From Saprolegnia diclina VS20 (taxonomy: Eukaryota), in contig NW_008246151.1 of assembly GCF_000281045.1 (NCBI RefSeq), positions 42,940 through 81,533 of the forward strand: 38,594 nt of DNA, given 5' to 3'. How positions within the stretch are numbered: position 1 is the first letter of the stretch; each line of letters opens with the position of its first letter. Shown here in pieces: positions 23,141 through 33,922 of this stretch. The position numbers were made by a program, and so were the translations under genes. The notes under the pieces are model-generated. The model searched no databases. It was not told where the DNA came from and worked only from the letters and a program-made list of their open reading frames with translations.

Positions 23141-25569
23141 ATGTTGGGCGTCTACGTGCTGTGAGGTATATAGTCGACGCGCCGAAACAAATGGGTACAA
23201 GAGCGTTTGTGCGAGGAGTGCGGACGATGGCCTCGACCGTGTCGCGCTCGTGGCGTCGTTTCAAGGCATCCGGATAAATAGCCGGACACCAATAGCAATA
23301 CATTTCCAAATTGGCGCCGCGACGAGACGAGAAACGCCGCTGCCGCGCAGCATTGGGCGCTGCGCGCGCGGCGTCGCGTTCGGAGCGCGCTCATCATCTC
23401 TCATTGCAGAGGCAAATGGCGCACATCTCGAGCGCCTCACGCTTGACGTCCTGCGGCTATGGCAGCCAGCACCAACACCGCTGGCCCTGCGGCGACCTCT
23501 CGCCCGCCGCGAACCTCTCACTATGCGGCGCGTCGGATGCGATCTCTACTCGATTTCAATCGAGCGGAGCTTTCGGCCCTCAGCAGCCACCTACAGTGGC
23601 CGCGCGCCTATGGTCCTCGCCGTACTTGGCACTTACATCGACCTCCAAGGTGTCGGCGCTGCGCCCGCTCGCGTTTGGCGCAAGGTACCACACGTCTTTA
23701 GCGCCACTAGGGTCTCAAAGATTGACTAGGTTCCGTATTTGCCCGAAACACACGAGCTCTGGATTTTTGCGCTTTTTCCGCGCCTTCTCGTGCTCTCGCA
23801 CCAACCGCTTGTCGTGCACGGCGATGTGTACCTCGAGGCCAAGCTTCACGCCGCATCGCGCCTTGGCGCACAGTGTGCTATTGCTACGCCTCTCGAGGTT
23901 GGTGGAGACGGCATGGGCGAAGCGCTCCTCTTGAGCAACATCATTCAGTCGCACGTGGCCACGACGCTCGAGGCACCAGCAATTACCAGCGTTTAAAGCG
24001 GCGACGCCGACATTGACATTTACGCGCGGACGACGCTCTGTACACCAAGACGTAGAAGGACGCTTGGAGGCGCAGATTTGTGAAAAGCTCGCGCGGAAGT
24101 GAGCCGCCGACCCCAGCGCGACGACCAAGAAGGTCACGAACAAGCAAGAGCTCGAGGCGCTACGGCAGCGCTTGTTGCGCAAGAGCATGCTCGCGGTCAC
24201 GCCTGCGTGGATCGAGTACAAGGAAGCGATCGCGGCGTCGGCCAACCTCTCGCCGACGTTGCTTGGAGCAGCTCTGCGCCGGGCCGCCCTTGTCGTTCGA
24301 TCGTCGGTGACCTCGGCTTGCTCTCGACGCTCGTACAGGCTCGCCANNNNNNNNNNNNNNNNNNNNNNNNNNNNNNNNNNNNNNNNNNNNNNNNNNNNNN
24401 NNNNNNNNNNNNNNNNNNNNNNNNNNNNNNNNNNNNNNNNNNNNNNGACACGCACAGCCACGCTCAGCCACCAGTCTCGGCTGTCCCCGCTTTGCTAATC
24501 TACACCGAGCCTGGTCAGCTCACTTCCTCTCTTGGTTTCCCGACCACAAGTGCTTTTCTCGTGTGTTCTCCCATCGCAACTGGTTTCGTCAAAGTACAAA
24601 ATAAAACAGCGTCATATTTGTATGTGGTTTTATTCGGCTGTGTAAATTCATGTCACTTGACCGCCATCTCGTTTTAGTTGTGTCAGAGAGCGTGCTGCAA
24701 GCGGCCGAGGGAGGCAGAGTGCGTGCAATGCGGCCTGGTTTGTATTTCAAAATTGACGAGAAAATAGAAATGTCGCCATCATTTTCTCTCGCTACAGAGC
24801 TCGCACAGCGACACCACGTGACATTTTGGACTCCCCAAAGTGTGGTTTAGCACTCTGGCGAGTATGAGCGATTTGCTTTTCAAACATGATTCGGGTCGAT
24901 CGGCCGAGGCGGCAAGCCCTCTCGTGCCAAAATCTGTCTATAAATGGTGAACGCCAATAATAACGACCTTAAATGACGACCCAGAGGCTGGCCTATCACC
25001 GTCCACGACACAATTGTGCCAATCATCGGGCGCCATTCACCGACCACGCACACGACCGCTGCAATGAGCCAGGCAGGACCCAGGATGGTCACGCTACGGG
25101 AGGCGCTTACGACGTCTCTGTAGACGTAGGATCGGCGACAAGCACCGCACGACGAGCCACCGAGTCGGCTGTAGGGCGGAGCCCTGGCCAATCCTTTTGC
25201 TGGTCGTCCTGCGTCCTGCGAGACGCGCTGCACGACGACGAGTGACGCTCGGTATCGCCGCCTGCCGCGATGTCTTCTGCTTGACGCGCCTCCAGAGCGT
25301 GGACCGCTCCCGTCCGTTGGCACGTACGCCTGCAGTCGCCGTCACGGCGCCTTGGCCGTAGACTCTCGGCAGCTTCTGCGGTCTCGTGCCCACTGGACCG
25401 AGGTCTCGGCAAGAGCGTACCAACAGCTGCTTCAAAGGTACTACACATATCGATACGTCTGAATGCAGTGTGCGATACTCTGGACCGCGTAGAAGAGGCT
25501 TTGGCCACGAGCGTGCGTTCTGGCCCGAAAGCCAACACGCTGGACGAGCTGTCACGATGGTACCGGAGT

Positions 25570-26779
25570 CGCGACGCTCCACGCCAAGGCGATGAACGTG
25601 CACATTATCACGGGCAACAACGCGCTCACGCCCAAGGCCTCGATCGGTGCGCTAGAGTACCCCCAAAGTGTACTTGGTATCAATCTATCTAGTGGCGCCG
25701 TTCACGAGCCGCAACAAGGACATTGGCGACATCGTCGCTTTGATCCAAGAAGGCCGCTGTGCGCTCACCACGTCCCTCCTCGCGTTCAAGTACATGGTCA
25801 TGTACCCCGTGATCGAGACGACGCTCATCACGGTCATCAACCACGTCCAAGCCACCTTCTCCAACAACCAGGTATTCTTATTTTCTTATTCGTCAACTTA
25901 GCTTGTCTAGTACCTCTTTGACGACCTTGTTGTCGTGCTCGGACTCTCGGTGCTCATGCTGCGCACGGGTCCGTCTCCGATTTTGACGCGGGCGCGTCCG
26001 CCCGACTCGCTCTTTGTACGATTCCCTCTCACAAGATACGACGACGCTGATGTTGTATCGTAGGCGCCAGCGGTCCTGGGTTCGATCGCGGGCCAGACGG
26101 CGCTATTCGGTGTCTTTTTTGCTCTGCCGCTCTGGCTCGCGCACTCACAAGACTGGTTTTGCGCGCTGCCAGACGTCGCGTCGGGCCGCAAGGTTTGCTT
26201 TGCGTACCAGCCAGACGAGTCGGGGGACATGACGGTGCACGCGCACGAAGTGTCGATCATCTGGACGACGGGTGCACCGCTCGAGGTCCAGCTGCAGACT
26301 CATGGGCGTTTGTAGGTCATTTGCAGTACCTTCTGCTTGCGATCGCGTTCAACTTGAAGGACGCTTTCCGCAAAAGCGTCTGGACCAACAGATCGTTTGT
26401 GCTCTACACCTTCGGGATGACTTTGCTGCTCTCGTACATTGTGCTTGCGCCAGGTACCCACTCGGACTCCAAATTGATGCTGACACGGCGTGTAGAGAGC
26501 GATCTCAACATCAAGTGGCTCGACCTCACGACGCCGCTGCCCCAAGCGTTTAGCCGCCAAGTGTTTGGCATCTTTGTCCTCAACGCCGTCGCCGCCGTGG
26601 CGTGCGAGGCAGGCGTGCGCAAGTGGACGACTCAATAGATAAGACTGTTGTTTGCTTTCATATATAAATGTATCGACATGGCGTTGATTGGCGCCGGAGG
26701 AGCGTCTCGAAGCGGCGCTGCTCGGAGGCCTCGCGTTCTGTGCGCTCGCGTCGAAGCTGCTCGAGGCGACTGGAGGAGG
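25570..26779 (+). pseudogene. Truncated duplicate of the P5B-ATPase 3' end plus the 3' tip of the LENG1-like gene
   Basis: ~25635-26779 is near-identical to ~19099-20242 (offset 6536-6537) with introns retained. 25570-25632 is a more diverged copy of ~18450-18514 (TGDN changed to TGNN). There is no 5' half and no DKTGT motif. Confidence 0.92.
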
Positions 26780-27773
26780 GCACAGCTCACACGATGAGCT
26801 CCGAGCTCATTCTCATGCGAGTACATTGGGTTTCGCATGACTCGGTGCGGATCGTCCACAATTGGTACGTATCGACCGTTGGCATATGCCGGTGGAGGTC
26901 GCAATCAAGCGTCCCGTTGCGTCTGTGCCAGCGCCGGAGTAGCGAAGACGTTCTAACGTACACGTATGAGATCAGACGATCGCACCATGGCGTTGTACCG
27001 CGAAACGAGCGCATTGGCAGCGACAGCCGTACATTGAACGATACAACACGGGCGCCGTGAAGCCCGTCATGCACGCTGTGAATTGGGAGCTCGCAAAACA
27101 CCGAGCCGTAGGCGGGCTGCAGCGCACACAGAGCCGCAAGCAAAACGACGTACTTGATCGTCCTTGCTGACGGCGTCGAGAAAGGCTCGAGTGGACAGCG
27201 GCAGCATCGATGCACATCGCGCACTATTCTATGCCACCGTACGCGGCGTTGATACTACGCCGGCGCCGCCGTCGTCCGCCAGAGCCGACGTTCCGCGAGC
27301 CGAGGTCTGCGGCCACACGATAGCGTGGAGGTGCATCGCGTTGGATGGACGTAGAGGGCGCGTCTGTATCGCGCCTTGTCGCACCCTTCGCCTTTGCCCT
27401 TTGAAGTCGAGATGAAGCCGCGAGCGTCCAGCGAGGAGCATACCTTGGTGACGCTGGCGGGCAACTTCCAAAATTACGCATCCGGATAATGGTCCCGTGC
27501 GTAATGGTTTAAAACTACCCATAGGTGCAGTTTAAAACACAGGGACCGCATGGGCTGGAGATGCCACGAATGCATGCGAAGGCGCCGTCCTTCCAGCCAG
27601 CAGGCATCAACGTTGCCTCATGAAACGTGTACTTCGCTTCATTGATAGACAGACTTCTGGCCGCACGAAGCAATCTTGTACTCAAGTAAAGCCAAAATCG
27701 GCTGGGGCCGCAGCCGTAAAACAACGACGTCGAGCAACAACACAATTTACCGAGCGTGAGCTCCGTGCATCTT

Positions 27774-28589
27774 TCAATGCCAACTCCAACCACAAACGCC
27801 GTTGGCGACGCCCGATAGTGGCCGGTGGCTCGATGAACGTGGCGAAGAAGACGCGGGACGTTGTTTGTATGCACTGGTGCGAAAAACAAGCAGCATGTTT
27901 GGCCAGTATTTCTGACTTACAAATGCATCGAGGGTCAACGTCGGATTCGCAAGAAGGCGCGACGCGAGCGCGGTGATCTCCAACGGTAGAAAGCCCGTTA
28001 GGTGCAAGGCTGGGTGCTTCTCCAGCTCTGGGGGCTGGAGGCTAGAGTCGCCAACGCTGGGGACCCGAGGCGAGAGTTGCAACCTTTCATAATTGTCGCC
28101 AAGGAGCTTCTCGAGCAACTTGACAGCATCAACCGGCTGAAACGGGCGTAGGGTGCACAGCGCGAGGAAATTGCTGTTTGTGTCGGTGGTGTCAGTGATT
28201 GGTTCGACGACACGGCGGGCCGTGACAAGCAAGCGAAGCTTCTTGGATTTGCTGTCTAATTTCTTGATCCACTCGAGACCGCCGTAGCCCAAGAGAGGGT
28301 CAACACCGTCGAGCACGAGTAATGCGCGCTGCTTGTCGTCCCTACACGACGCATCCTCACGCCTGCTCATGTTGAGAAGGGGCGTAGGGAAGGATTGATC
28401 TTGGAGAGGAACACTTTGACTCGCTGCTCGACGGCCGCCATGGCACAAGCATGCGACTTTGTTGTTGTCGTTGACAACGTGCTCAAAGTGGATGCCGGCG
28501 GGAAAGCCTTGGCGTGCGCTGAGTAATTGCACCATCACGTACGACAGCTGCGTCTTGCCGACGCCCGCGGGGCCTGCGAGCCACACCAA
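27774..28589 (-). CDS. STAND-class P-loop NTPase (NB-ARC/AP-ATPase-like) ORF, probably partial or pseudogenised
   Basis: Motifs appear in the expected order: Walker A VWLAGPAGVGKT, Walker B ALLVLDGVD, sensor-1 RLLVTARR, RNBS-C-like LRPFQPVDAVKLL and GxP motif TGFLPLEI. There is no ATG before Walker A, and an in-frame TGA lies just upstream. Confidence 0.7.
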   Translation of the reverse strand: MVWLAGPAGVGKTQLSYVMVQLLSARQGFPAGIHFEHVVNDNNKVACLCHGGRRAASQSVPLQDQSFPTPLLNMSRREDASCRDDKQRALLVLDGVDPLLGYGGLEWIKKLDSKSKKLRLLVTARRVVEPITDTTDTNSNFLALCTLRPFQPVDAVKLLEKLLGDNYERLQLSPRVPSVGDSSLQPPELEKHPALHLTGFLPLEITALASRLLANPTLTLDAFVSQKYWPNMLLVFRTSAYKQRPASSSPRSSSHRPLSGVANGVCGWSWH

Positions 28590-29624
28590 ACATATTCAAG
28601 GCCTACAGCAACCAGCTTGTTGCGGCTAGCTACGGCGTGGCCGTCGATGTAAGCCAAAACAGAAAGATAGTGTTGAGGAGTTCAAAGTGCATCGACACTG
28701 CGATCGGTGCTGTCTCAACCAAATGTGTTTGCGCTCAAATCAAATGAACAAAGCTGTCAGGGACACACAATAGAATTCGAGAACTTCTTGCCCATGCGCG
28801 GGCTGTTCCTGTTGTCTGTCGGTGGTGCTAGCAATGCTAGCAACGACGAAGGCTAGGGAATGCGATATGTAAAGTCGCCAGGTGTTAGCACATCGAACGG
28901 TAGGGCTGTGTGGCGGTGCTACGCGTTGTATTGTCGTTTATGTCGACGAGTACGCGGCAGCGTGCATTTACAAAGTGCTCGTGACGATAGGGTTAGGTAA
29001 GGGGTAGGAGTAGCCTTCCGACGCGGTGGAGACGACAGCAGCACACACACAACTCTGCTGCTACAACTTTTCAAGTGTGCGAAGTTATGTCCGTGCTCGA
29101 TATGGGCGGCGGCGCCAGTATTGATGCTCCATCTGTGGCCAGAGTGTTCGTTTAATCACGTTCGAGCGTGTGGCAACTGAGAGCCATGTGCACGCTCAAC
29201 TGCCAAGCAAGTCGTCCAACGAAGTTGCGTCGGGATGAATATTTCCTGTGCTCGGGTGTCAGAGTAGTCGGCGCCGTCGCCATTCTGACGGGTAAGCCAA
29301 CATCATTTGTCAAAACCCAAACAATAATTGATCGGAGCATGACAACGACGATGCATATGTGCTGCAGCTATACGCAGCGGATCGCGGCCCGCAGGTTCCG
29401 CGTAAATGGAGAAAAGAGGGACCTCTCTGTCGCGCTGCCACGAGCGAGGCGTCCGTTGGCGCGCTGATGGAAGCGAGCCGTCGTCCGTTGTGTCCTGCAG
29501 AGATCCAATATACACGGATTTGGACCAATCAGCGATGCGTAAACAATTTGGCCAATCCAGTGGCAGGATTCAAGAGTCGGAATAAGATTTTTTCGGGTTC
29601 ATTGTGCGATTGCCGACGGAGGTC

Positions 29625-31292
29625 ATGGAGTTCTCTCGCCCTGCATCACCCACTGGTTCGACGGGAACGGTAGTCGACGACGACGAGCTTGAGACGGAGA
29701 TCTACGAGGCAGCCCAGCTCACTGGCGACTACTCCAAGTGCCACATACTGGACGCGCCGCTGGCGTGGCAAATGGCCCATCGCGACCCGTCGCTTCCGCC
29801 GCTCTTCACGACCGAGCCGCCGCCCGAGTCAGACCTCGAATAGTACCTTGCAGCAACCAAGGACGACACGTTCAACTACACGAGCCACTGTATGGCGTCG
29901 ACAACAAGCAGTTTTTCTGGCGTCGCGATGGCCAAAGGCGTCCAAGATGGCTTCTTCACCCCCGCATGGACGACATCGTGGGCGACATCTTGCGCGGCGC
30001 CAGCTGCAACGACACCAACGTCTCCGACACGCGCCAGCGCGCCGGCTGGCCCGGTCAGCGACTCGGCTGCATCGGAACCGGTAGCGCCCACAGCAAGCGA
30101 TCCACAAGCGCCAGACGACGCGGCGCCAAACGCTGCGTCGCCACCCGACAACAACATCTCGGGTGCATTCGACGCAACCTCAGCTCCAAGCGTCACATCA
30201 CCGCACCGCTCGTCGATAAACGAGGATATGTCGTCGGAAACTACAGATCGTGATTTCAAGCCGCGTGACAATGAACCCACGACGGCGACCGCCGCCACCG
30301 AAGACAACCAAGACGACAGCGCGACACAGCGGTCGTCCGTCAGTCCAAACGTGTAGTGGGCCAGCGCAACGTCAGTGCCGGACGCACACTCGTGGACGCC
30401 GCCGGCACCAAGCGCGTGGTGGTCTACGGCCCACGCGGATGTGCCCAACCCGATCCACGTCGTCTTTCCCGAGGCCGCGGCAGCCGCACAACCGGTGCCT
30501 GACGCGACGACAACGAGTTCACACGCGTGGGCTTCAACGCCATGCGCCACAGAGGCCTCGATGCCCGAATCCGACGCCAGCAGCGAGGGTGTACCGACGC
30601 CCGTGCACCGCGGACAGGGTGAAGCGGCGCCCGAAACGACCCAGCATTCTGCGCAACCGCGCTACGTCGCTGCAGAGGCCCCAATCTACGACGCGCCTGA
30701 GCCGATGCCCAAGAAGCCAAAACCGACGACGTCGGCTGCGGCCGAGAGCCCATGTGGCGGCCATGTGCCAGCGCCAACCTTCGACCCGGCGACGGCAGGT
30801 TCAACGAGCTGGGGCTGGCATTCAGATGAGCGCTGGTACAACGTCCCCGCGGACCCACCAGTGTACGCGTGGCAAGACCACACGCCATCGCCGCCTTGGG
30901 GTGCGTCGTTCGCGTCGTGGGCATCGTCGTCGTCGTGGAGCTGTGACACGGCCTCCGAGGGCTACTCGGAAGACATTTCGGTCTGTGGCGACGACGTGAT
31001 GAGCACGACCGATGTGTCGGAGGACATGTCCGACATCGATGACGACGACGCGTACTCGGATGACGTCGACATGTCCGAGTACTGGGACGATGAGACGGAC
31101 AGTGACGCTCCATCAAAACGAAAGCGTGTCGACGACGATGACAGCACTGACGAGTGTCGTCGACCGACCAAGAGAATGCGACCGACGCGCCGCCCCACGC
31201 GTTTTCCCGCCGTTCGACACCGTACGAAGCAACAACGCAGCCCGTCTCACCCGCGCCTCATCGCCCGGCGTCCCCGCATCGACAACAAATAG
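29625..31292 (+). pseudogene. Low-complexity (Pro/Ala/Ser/Thr-rich, then acidic, then basic) reading frame of about 555 codons with two internal TAG codons
   Basis: ORFs 29604-29843, 29892-30356 and 30375-31292 share one frame and are separated only by TAG at 29841-29843 and 30354-30356. ATG is at 29625. NLS-like PSKRKR and RRPTKRMR lie near the C-terminus. Confidence 0.55.
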
Positions 31293-32574
31293 TGTGGGTC
31301 TTCGTAGCTCTTGGTACAACGTCTCATAGCTCGCGCAGTCCGTAGATTATCCACCCACACGCCGAGCGCGTCCGCCACGTCCAAAGTACCCGAAGCCTCG
31401 CATCTCGAAAGCAACGTCGACACACGCAATGTAGGCTACAACCGTTTGTGAGCAACGATCTCACGCAGTGTTGTTTAGGCATCCGCTGCGCCAGGCGCCA
31501 AGCAAGCGCTTGCGCTCCGCCGCGAGGATGCACTCTTCGAGTGCCATGTCTTGGGAGACAGTAGGTCTTGCGCCGTACGGCCCCACTTATTAGCCACCGG
31601 GTCACCGGTGGACGGGTGAAAGGGCTGACGCCGCCAAGGGTGCACAGGGCGTTGCATGCCCCGTTACAGCCGTTGAGCCGCCAAAGAGCGTGCCTTCGTG
31701 CCGGCGAAAGGGAGCAGCGTCCAAGAGGTGCACCGGGGCCTACGTCCCGAGATGTGGCACTTGTTATAGTGGCGTTCTTGTCGTGCGTCGAGCGCATCGC
31801 TGTGCGTCGCGCAAGTGCTGGAATCGCTGTCGCGTGCCAATCGCATCATGCTTTCGGGAAGCTAGTCATATTTATCGTAACAAGACGTAGTGCTGGTTAC
31901 AACAACAACCGGGTGTCGCTCGAAAGGAGGTCGGGGGCTCAAAAATACGAGTGCTTGTTTCCGGTGCTTCGCCAGGTGGCATAAATTTGTATTTGCGAAG
32001 CGTGGCGGAATATGACGCCGAGGGAATGGCACCGAGGAGTCGGCAGGCCTTGCTAATATGCGTAGACTTTCCACCTTGCGGACATCAACAAGCTCGCTTA
32101 GCTTTGAGAGACTACCGTACGGCTGACCTGCTCACGCTCGACGTTGTCTCCGCGTGATCGAATATATAGCATGTTGTGCTTCAAGTACCAAGTAATGTAT
32201 CAATTAACAAAACGTCGACACATCGCGCTCGAGAAGAGTCCAACCTCGAGGTGGACGATCCTCATTGCTTGGCTCGGAGTACATGGAGCTACTGTTACTA
32301 TTTTCCATCGGCACTAATCGCTGCTCGACAAGGTGGCACTCGATGCGCGAGGACATCGAGGAGTTTACGCACGAGAGGCCGCATCGTTACAACACGTGTC
32401 CTAATGCGCATCAACATCAAAGGGCAAAATAAATTATATCGGAGCCGAGCTGGTAATTAGTCGACGATGAGTCGAGAAAAAGCGCCGGTAGATGCCACCG
32501 TTCGCACTCTCGCTCTCGAGAGAACTACTCTACAACGCTCCGAATGAATGACATTGCTCAAAAACCATTCTTTT

Positions 32575-33780
32575 TTATGTGCAGTTATTACTATGGAAGA
32601 AGTGCGCGAGGCGCAGAGCGTTCATGACGTCGGGGTATTCAGGGCGTACTTGGACGAGCCACGGCGCAAACAGATCTTGTTGACGAAGATCGGTGTGGGA
32701 GCTTTCCTTGTCGAGCCAGGCCCATATCTTCGCATCCTTCGAGCGAAACGCGCGCCAGCACGTGGTCCAGATGTAGTCCCTGATCGACCGATTGTTGCAA
32801 TTGCCGTACTTGTGGGCGTGCTTGTCGTCGCCCTCGCCGCTGGTTTTGCTCTTGATCATGCAGCGCTTCGGAAGCCAGCACATAAAGCACAAGTCGTACT
32901 TCGTGGGGAGGGACTGGAATTTCAAGTGGCGCGGGCAGTTTTTGGCGCTGTGCACCTGTCGTCCTTGCTCGAGGCACTGGAAGCACACATTGCTTGGCAA
33001 CTGGCAAAGCGGGAGACACTCTTTTTGAGGGTTCTTGTGCGCCTTGACTTGTTTCTTGCCATACGCCGCGCAGAAGCCGCACCAGAGGGGTTGATCGAGC
33101 CACGTGGTGACGTCGGTCACGAAGCTGTTCGTCTTGTCGTTTGACGCCTTGATCGTCGCCGCGTGACCGTAGAGCGATGTTGATTGGGCCGCCGCACTTG
33201 ACGTCGAAGTCACAACGTCAAGACTCGCGTCGACGGCCTTGCGCTTCCTCCCACCGGACCCGGACGCCGTCGAATGCCACGCGGCCTGCGGCGACGGAGC
33301 GGCTGGGTTCCGAGAAATCGGCCCCGATGCTGTCGTTGCATCTCGAGCAAACGTGGTTGCTGCCGGCGTCTTCGGCGGCAGCTCATCGTCGCCGTCAAAA
33401 AAATTTGTAACGTTTGCGAGGTAAAGCTGGTCGACTTGCGACAACGCCGCCGAGCTCGGCGTGACCGTCGGTGGCGTTGGAGACGGCCCATGGGAAGCGG
33501 AGGTCGTCGAGCTGTCTTCGAAGCCGTCTGAGAGCGATGGCGCTTCGTTCGGGCGAGTAGACGACACGGAATCAGACGGACGGTCGCTCTCCTCGGGCTC
33601 ATGCTCAAACCCGTCGTCGTGCTCGTGCGCGTCATCGTTTGCCCACGGCAACGAGCTTGAGACGGGGTTGCCGGTTGGCGCCGGAGCTGATTGCCCCGGC
33701 ACGTCGACGGGCGTCCGTTCAAGCGCCTTATCGCAGAGATTGCAAAGGACTGGCGGGAACGCCCTTGGGCAGCGAGCCAT
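32575..33780 (-). CDS. 401-aa protein with an N-terminal Cys cluster, a disordered linker and a C-terminal multi-zinc-finger domain
   Basis: Long open frame containing C-x7-CNLC, an S/T/P/D-rich linker with GRKRK, then CGFC..H..C, CFQC-x7-H-x4-C (knuckle-like) and CFMCWLP..H..C. Confidence 0.7.
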   Translation of the reverse strand: MARCPRAFPPVLCNLCDKALERTPVDVPGQSAPAPTGNPVSSSLPWANDDAHEHDDGFEHEPEESDRPSDSVSSTRPNEAPSLSDGFEDSSTTSASHGPSPTPPTVTPSSAALSQVDQLYLANVTNFFDGDDELPPKTPAATTFARDATTASGPISRNPAAPSPQAAWHSTASGSGGRKRKAVDASLDVVTSTSSAAAQSTSLYGHAATIKASNDKTNSFVTDVTTWLDQPLWCGFCAAYGKKQVKAHKNPQKECLPLCQLPSNVCFQCLEQGRQVHSAKNCPRHLKFQSLPTKYDLCFMCWLPKRCMIKSKTSGEGDDKHAHKYGNCNNRSIRDYIWTTCWRAFRSKDAKIWAWLDKESSHTDLRQQDLFAPWLVQVRPEYPDVMNALRLAHFFHSNNCT

Positions 33781-33922
33781 TCATTCTCCAGCCGCTCTTT
33801 TCCGTGGAGGGCTCGTTTGTGCTCATTTGAGAATTTGCCAGCGCCCAAGGACGTCGGAGACTTTAACTAGGGTCCGGGGGAGTGGGCTGGTAGGAACGAT
33901 GAAATTTTATGGATTATGTATT

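Noticed and set aside
23250..24346. Coding-like plus-strand stretches (e.g. ELEALRQRLLRKSMLAVTPAWIEYKEAI)
   Set aside because: Probably another gene remnant, but it is broken by stops and a gap and no family can be assigned.
28988..29008. tagggttaggtaaggggtagg as an interstitial telomere seed
   Set aside because: Too short and degenerate to distinguish from chance.
31845..31866. Small hairpin followed by CTAG as a Helitron 3' end (also the CTAG repeats at ~34965-34978)
   Set aside because: The stem is weak, the usual spacing of about 10 nt before CTRR is missing, and the orientation does not fit the minus-strand ORFs.
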